Positions 58,930 through 64,000 of a DNA stretch of 64,000 bases are shown here, one piece after another. The notes below the pieces were generated by a model. It had not been told where the DNA came from. It ran no database searches and worked only from the letters and a program-made list of their open reading frames with translations. The position numbers and the translations under genes were made by a program. The DNA comes from Fonticula alba ATCC 38817 (Eukaryota; Protista; Nucleariida): NCBI GenBank assembly GCA_000388065.2, contig KB932201.1; one strand, written 5' to 3'. Numbering within the stretch: position 1 is the stretch's first letter; every line of letters begins with the position of its first letter.

Positions 58930-60724
58930 ACTCTCACATTTGCCTTCGTCTTCGTGGGGCATGGGAAAATGTCACAAACATGGCAGCGCGCGCGCGCGCG
59001 CACGCGCTCGCACGGCAGGAGGGGCGGGGACATGACGCAGGCACATGCGGCTGCTCTCCGCTGGGTCTGGCCCTTTCTCCGGCTATTTTCCGACAACGAC
59101 ACCAGCCCCTCGGTCCGGGTGCTGACTCCCGGCAGCCCGCCTCCCGGTTGTTTGCGTCGGGCGCCACTTGTGCCTTGCATCGGGCCAGGAACTGGCGCCG
59201 TGTCCCCCGGGCGGCCGCACATTCCGGCACAAAGAGGCAACATGGCACCGGGGGGCGTGTGTTGCTTTTGTTTGCGGTTTGTCCCTCGTGTTGTCTTTTG
59301 GCGGCGCGACAGGAAAAAGTGTGGGAACTCGCGCCAGGCCAATCACATGTGACATCGCATGACCATGCTCCCATTCGGGCAATTGGTGTTGGAGCAGGGT
59401 TGTTGGCGATCTTGTGGCCAGCCCCCTTGCCCAATGGGGGGGGGCGCGCGCAGGCAGGGAAGTCGAGGCCTGGGGTCAGCGTGAGAGGGCCACGGTCGGC
59501 CCCCGGCCCACGCCCGGCCCCCTTGATCTCTCCCTGAGACTCGGCAACCGGTTGCCCGTCCAGACAACAGCCCCGTAGCCAGTGGGATGGGGCGCGCGAG
59601 GCCGCGGGCGAGGCGGACCTGGGCCAATTTTCGGGCGCATCGATGTGTCCCCAGCATTGGCCAGGACATGTGTGAGAGAGAGAGAGAGAGGGCGCGCGAG
59701 GTGTGTTCTCACAAATGTGTGACCGGTTCCCGGCGCTGGCGCGAGGCGCCGGGCCCGAGCGTCCCCCCCCCCCCCCTCCCCCCGCCGCCCCGGCAACTTC
59801 CTCCGGAGCCAGGCGAGTGGTAATGCAATTGGCCACTAACCCAGAGCAGGTGGAGGCTGCCACAGGGAGCGCAGGGGCCTCCGGGCGTCGGAGGAAGGCC
59901 GGGAGGCCCGCCCCTGGGCAGGGACGAGTTACATCCCTGCCGGTTTGGTGATATTAGTGCGTCTTCGGGTCCGGGGATGTTTGCGGACGCGGTGGCGCAT
60001 GTTGTCCCCCTCCCGCCCCCCGGGGGGGGGGGGGAACCGCCCTGGGTGCATGCGCTGTTTACAGATCCCCATAGGTGAGTGTGTCCCGAAAAGCGCGCAC
60101 CGATGAAAGGGTGCGGAGCCTGCGTGGGAGCTGGTTTTACGTACAAAGAAGGCACATACACACACACACACACATGCACACGCACCGTGCCTCCTCTTTG
60201 ACCGAGTGTTGGCTGGGCGTCCCCCGGCGGCGCAAGCTCCTTCGCGGTAGGGGCACAATTTTTCGAGGCTCTCAGGAATGCGCCCCCAGGGTATGGGGCT
60301 TCACCGGGACCCGCCTGGAAGGCGCGTTGTGCGATGATCGTGCCCCGGTCGTGTGCCCTCGCCGCCTCGTTTGCCGGCTCATCAGGGGTACCCCCCCCCC
60401 TCTCCCCGGTTCGGACTGCCCGTGTTGGTCGGGCCGCGGGAAAGGGTGCTGTCTCTCACGCGAGCGCTTGGGCGCGCGGTGAAGTTTCCCCTTCAGGAGT
60501 TGGATGTCGGCAGTCCGGTTCCCTGGAAGGCTGCCAGCCTCTCGGTCACAGCACATATTAGTACGCTCCCATGTGCGCGAGTGGGCGTGTGGACATGCTT
60601 GCGTGAGGGCGTGCGTGTGCGTGCCCCCGAGCCCGGGTCCGGGCGCCCTGATTGACAGGGGGATTCCCCCACCAGGAGCGTCACCCCCATTTCGGCATCG
60701 GTTGCTGCGAGTGTGCTTCGGCAA

Positions 60725-60783
60725 GGGGCGGGGGCGGGGGCGGGAGCGAGGGCCGGGGGCGGGGGCGGGGGCCGGGGCGGGCG
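60725..60783 (+). promoter_or_regulatory. Array of GC-box-like GGGGCG units (also G-quadruplex-prone)
   Basis: Repeated GGGGCG/GGGGGC units about 150 nt upstream of a consensus TATA box; function is inferred only. Confidence 0.35.
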
Positions 60784-60932
60784 GAAAGGAATCGAAACCA
60801 GATGGGTCCGCGCCCGGGCGGAGGACCTCCCAGGCCCGGCGGCCTCCTGAGTGGGCTTGCCTGCTTGCGCGCCCCCCCGTCCCTGCCCCCTGACGCACAG
60901 AGCCCCAAGCGGCTGGCCCAAGCGCGGAGTCC

Positions 60933-60940
60933 TATAAAAG
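60933..60940 (+). promoter_or_regulatory. TATA box (TATAAAAG)
   Basis: Consensus TATAWAWR in GC-rich DNA, about 125 nt upstream of the ATG at 61062. Confidence 0.6.
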
Positions 60941-61061
60941 AAACACCGGCGGGGGCGTGTCGTGGTCGATGGTTCGACAGCTTGCCCCGATCGCATCAAC
61001 TTCCCCCTCTTCAGCGCCCCCGTCTCTCCCCTCCCCCCCCCCCCCCTCCAGCTCGTCCACC

Positions 61062-61415
61062 ATGTACCCCAACTACCCTCCTCCCCATGGCTACCCCCAC
61101 GGCCACGGCTACCCCCCGGGTGCCGGCTACGCTCCCCCTCCCGGTACCGGCTACCCCCCGACTGTTGGCTTCCAGCCGGTTGGTGCCCCCCCGCCGCCGG
61201 TGTACGGCGCTCCGGTCCATGCGTACCCCGCCCCGCCGCCGGTTGTCGTGACCACCTCCCGCTACCCGGCCCCCCCGCCGACTGTCGTCTACACCAGCCC
61301 GGCCCCGGTCACCTACACCACCGGCTACCCTGTCGCTGGTCCCTGCTACACCACCACCACCACCTACATCAAGCCCTCCAAGCACCACCGCTACCCCCCC
61401 TGCGGTCGCTACTAA
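61062..61415 (+). CDS. Small Pro/Tyr/Gly-rich low-complexity protein, 117 aa, no coding intron
   Basis: CACCATG start context. MYPNYPPPHGYPHGHGYPPGAGYAPPPGTGYPP...HHRYPPCGRY*. C-ending codon bias (TAC, CCC, ACC) like the other genes; upstream TATA box and AATAAA at 61874-61879. Confidence 0.75.
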   Translation: MYPNYPPPHGYPHGHGYPPGAGYAPPPGTGYPPTVGFQPVGAPPPPVYGAPVHAYPAPPPVVVTTSRYPAPPPTVVYTSPAPVTYTTGYPVAGPCYTTTTTYIKPSKHHRYPPCGRY

Positions 61416-62232
61416 GTGCATGTAGGGCAAGCGGGTGAGAGTGTTGCTCCCCCCCCCCCCTCTGAGAGCGAGTGTGTGTGTGTGTGAGAGAGAGAGAGAT
61501 AGTGCCTCCCTCCGTGCCTCTCTCTCTCTGTGTCTCATCACACCATCCCTTGGGGGTTTGTCCGTCACATCATGTTACACCACCTCGTCCATTCCATGGT
61601 GGCGTCTGGCAGTGGGAAAGGATGCTCCCTTGCCTGCCTTTCGCTGTCTTTTGTAACCCCTCCCCCCAAGTGTGACACTCAAGGGGCCGGGATGGACAAA
61701 GGAGCAGGGTGTATGCCCGCCTGTGTACTATATATCCCCCCTCCGATGTGCGAGGCCTTTCCCTGTGTGTTGCCAGTTCCTCCCCTCTTTCTCTCTCCCC
61801 CTCCCCCCCCCCCTCTCTCTCCCCCTTGCTCCATGCGCCTGTGAAGAGGTGTCTTTTCCCTCTCGAGAAAAATAATAAAAACATACAAATCCTCCGCCGT
61901 TCCATCGTGCTTCCCCTTTTTTTAGTCTTGTTCGTGCTTATTTTTTCCCCTCCCTCCGCTGCCCACTTCACAAATGGAGCACGCCTCATTTGCACCGAGG
62001 CAAAACACGCACCAAATCCACCGACCCACCCCTCCCGCTCGAACTCACGCCCGCCCGTCGACCGTGCCATCTACAAGTGTGGATCTGTCTGTGGGAGTTG
62101 CTTGCCGCGCCCGGTGTGACAGTATGCGTGTTGGTTCGCCTCTCCGCCCGAGCCACTTGAAACCCATCCATACCCATGTTCCTCTGCCCTCCTCTCTTTC
62201 CCTCCCTCTCTCTTTCTATCAAACAATTCTAT

Positions 62233-63758
62233 TCAAACGGGCATCTGAGATGCTTGCAGCTGAGCATCGGCAACGCCGACAGTCGCCTCCTGCAGCGGGG
62301 GAGCCGGATGTCCATGCCCCTCGTCGAAGGAGTTGGCCACTGGGGGGATGGGCCCGTTGGTCTTGGGCAACTCCGACATGGTGGGGTCCACTTGGTTGGC
62401 GCCGGGCAGCATCTGGTCGAAGATGGACAGGGCGAACTTCTGACAGACGGCCTTGGCAAACTGCACACCACGGTGGGAGTTCCCCCGGGCGTCCAGGCGC
62501 GGAGACCACACAGCCAAACCCATCACCTTCATACATGGACGTGCAAGCGAGCCCAAGGGCGTGTGGGCGTGTGGGCGTGTGCATGTGTGAGAGAGAAAGA
62601 AAAGGAGCGAAAGAGGACGGAAGAACCCCCAAGCAGAGGCGGGGTGCGGCTTGAATGCATGTGCATGAGGGGAGGCCCTGGCCACGGGGCAGAAATGAGG
62701 AAAGACGCACGTTTGGCACACAAATGAAGATGGCCCCGGAGACCCCACTCTTGGCTGGCAGGCCGGTGGTGCAAGCCCACTCGCCCGATGAGTCGTACAT
62801 GCCGCAGGAAAGCAGCAACTGCAAGCAGGACTTCGTCGTCTCCTGGGAGATGACGCGCCTGCGAGTGCCAGACCATGGGCGAGGCAAAGGAGAGGGACAG
62901 GCGCGGTTAGATATTCCACCGAAATGGACGCCCCGACGCGGGAGGGACACCGAGATAAATGCTCCCACACGACCCCCCCCGCTCAAAGGAAACGCACTCG
63001 CAGGTGAGCGGCGACACCCCGCCGTTGCTCAGGGTCGAGGCCATGGCTGCCAGAGTGCGCACGTCCACTTCCAGAGCACACGCGCGCAGGTACAGCTCAA
63101 GGGTGGCCTTTACGTCGGCATTCTCGGGAAGGGCACCGACACTTTTCTGTCAGTTGGAAGAGGGAGCCGAGGGTACGGGGAGGTCGAGAGGAAGACAGAC
63201 GAGGAAAGAGCGACAAAAAGGCAGAGGGGGGGAGGGGGGGGGGGCACACCTTCGGNNNNNNNNNNNNNNNNNNNNNNNNNNNNNNNNNNNNNNNNNNNNN
63301 NNNNNNNNNNNNNNNNNNNNNNNNNNNNNNNNNNNNNNNNNNNNNNNNNNNNNNNNNNNNNNNNNNNNNNNNNNNNNNNNNNNNNNNNNNNNNNNNNNNN
63401 NNNNNNNNNNNNNNNNNNNNNNNNNNNNNNNNNNNNNNNNNNNNNNNNNNNNNNNNNNNNNNNNNNNNNNNNNNNNNNNNNNNNNNNNNNNNNNNNNNNN
63501 NNNNNNNNNNNNNNNNNNNNNNNNNNGCGACAAAAAGGCAGAGGGGGGGAGGGGGGGGGGGGGGGAACGGGGACTGTCGCCAAAGGGAAAAACCGCCAAA
63601 CCCCAGAAGGGGGGCCCCGGGGGAAACCTGAAGGGGGGGGGGGGCCAATTTCGCACCAGCCGCCCGGGGTCCGGCCGGGAAACCGGGCGGGTTGAGGGGG
63701 GGGGAGCCCAACCACGGGTGGGGTTAAAGGGCCGGAGGAGCCGGCGCACGGTCAGCAA

Positions 63759-63800
<42 letters not shown>

Positions 63801-64000
63801 CGGGGGCGCGTGGGAGAGAGGGGGGGGAGAGAGGGGGGGGGGAGGGGGGGGATGGGAAACAGAAACACCGTGACGGAAATGGGCGGCGAGGAGGGGGGGG
63901 GTGGGGGGGGGGCGCACTGGAAAGTGTCGATGATGTAGTGGATGCGCCTGGAGGAGCGCCAGTTCGACCGGATCAACGAATGGGCCGTGATGGCCCCGGC
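62233..64000 (-). CDS. GLS: Glutaminase (GLS/GlsA family), 3' part; continues beyond the window
   Basis: Minus-strand exons >64000-63918 (AGAITAHSLI..IHYIIDTF), one missing or garbled exon near 63256-63720, 63146-62998 (ATLELYLRACALEV..MASTLSNGGVSPLTCE), 62858-62711 (RVIS..LLLSCGMYDSSGEWACTTGLPAKSGVSGAIFICVPN) and 62526-62233 (VMGLAVWSPRLDARGNSHRGVQF..). The CGMYD, GLPAKSGV and SPxLDxxGNS motifs are diagnostic. Confidence 0.93.

Larger units (their letters stand above)
193..63526. other. Twelve assembly gaps (N runs)
   Basis: 193-227, 2871-3771, 19049-19058, 24139-24183, 28271-28515, 29784-29793, 38759-38798, 42790-43279, 44883-45207, 48119-48128, 49950-50866, 63256-63526. Each abuts or lies within a few bases of a G or C homopolymer. 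Confidence 0.95.

Noticed and set aside
12049-62529. AAG 3' splice sites (12049, 29860, 52781, 62527-62529, possibly 57551)
   Set aside because: About 4-5 of ~55 acceptors, close to the usual minority frequency of AAG in eukaryotes.
1-64000. Hundreds of ORFs of 60-1,200 aa in the supplied six-frame track
   Set aside because: Stop codons are rare at this GC content. Many ORFs start at GTG/TTG, read through N gaps or introns, or are antisense or frameshifted shadows of the 11 spliced genes (e.g. 38668-40773 +, 52588-54387 -, 44836-48234 -).
1-64000. rRNA, tRNA, snRNA, CRISPR arrays, transposase or reverse-transcriptase genes, telomeric repeats
   Set aside because: No recognisable motifs on reading either strand. 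A covariance-model search was not possible, so small RNAs cannot be fully excluded.

Overview
This is eukaryotic, very GC-rich, intron-dense genomic DNA with 12 assembly gaps, each abutting or close to a G/C homopolymer. I saw no prokaryotic features, rRNA, tRNA, CRISPR array or transposase. I rebuilt 11 protein-coding genes by hand from splice sites and reading-frame phase. In order they are: a CaMKI-like kinase (3' half), SPT5, a TTC7/YPP1-like TPR protein, MRT4, a 161-aa fungal-type tropomyosin, an animal-type HPRT with a 217-aa tail, condensin CAP-D2/Cnd1, AP-1 gamma adaptin (minus strand), a >1,700-aa RGS-domain protein, an intronless 117-aa Pro/Tyr-rich protein, and glutaminase (minus strand, runs off the window). 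The mix of fungal-type tropomyosin, animal-type HPRT and GLS, and pervasive Ala/Ser/Gly/Thr insertions suggests an early-branching holomycotan such as Fonticula; that is inference, not a database result. The most novel item is the RGS protein, which combines a beta-grasp-like N-terminal domain, a non-canonical RGS box and six copies of a (K/R)L..(F/V)(F/L)G helical motif. Other highlights are a strong C at donor position +4 (45 of 53 introns), the HPRT tail, and evidence that some poly-G runs overwrite real sequence. Most ORFs in the supplied track are spurious.
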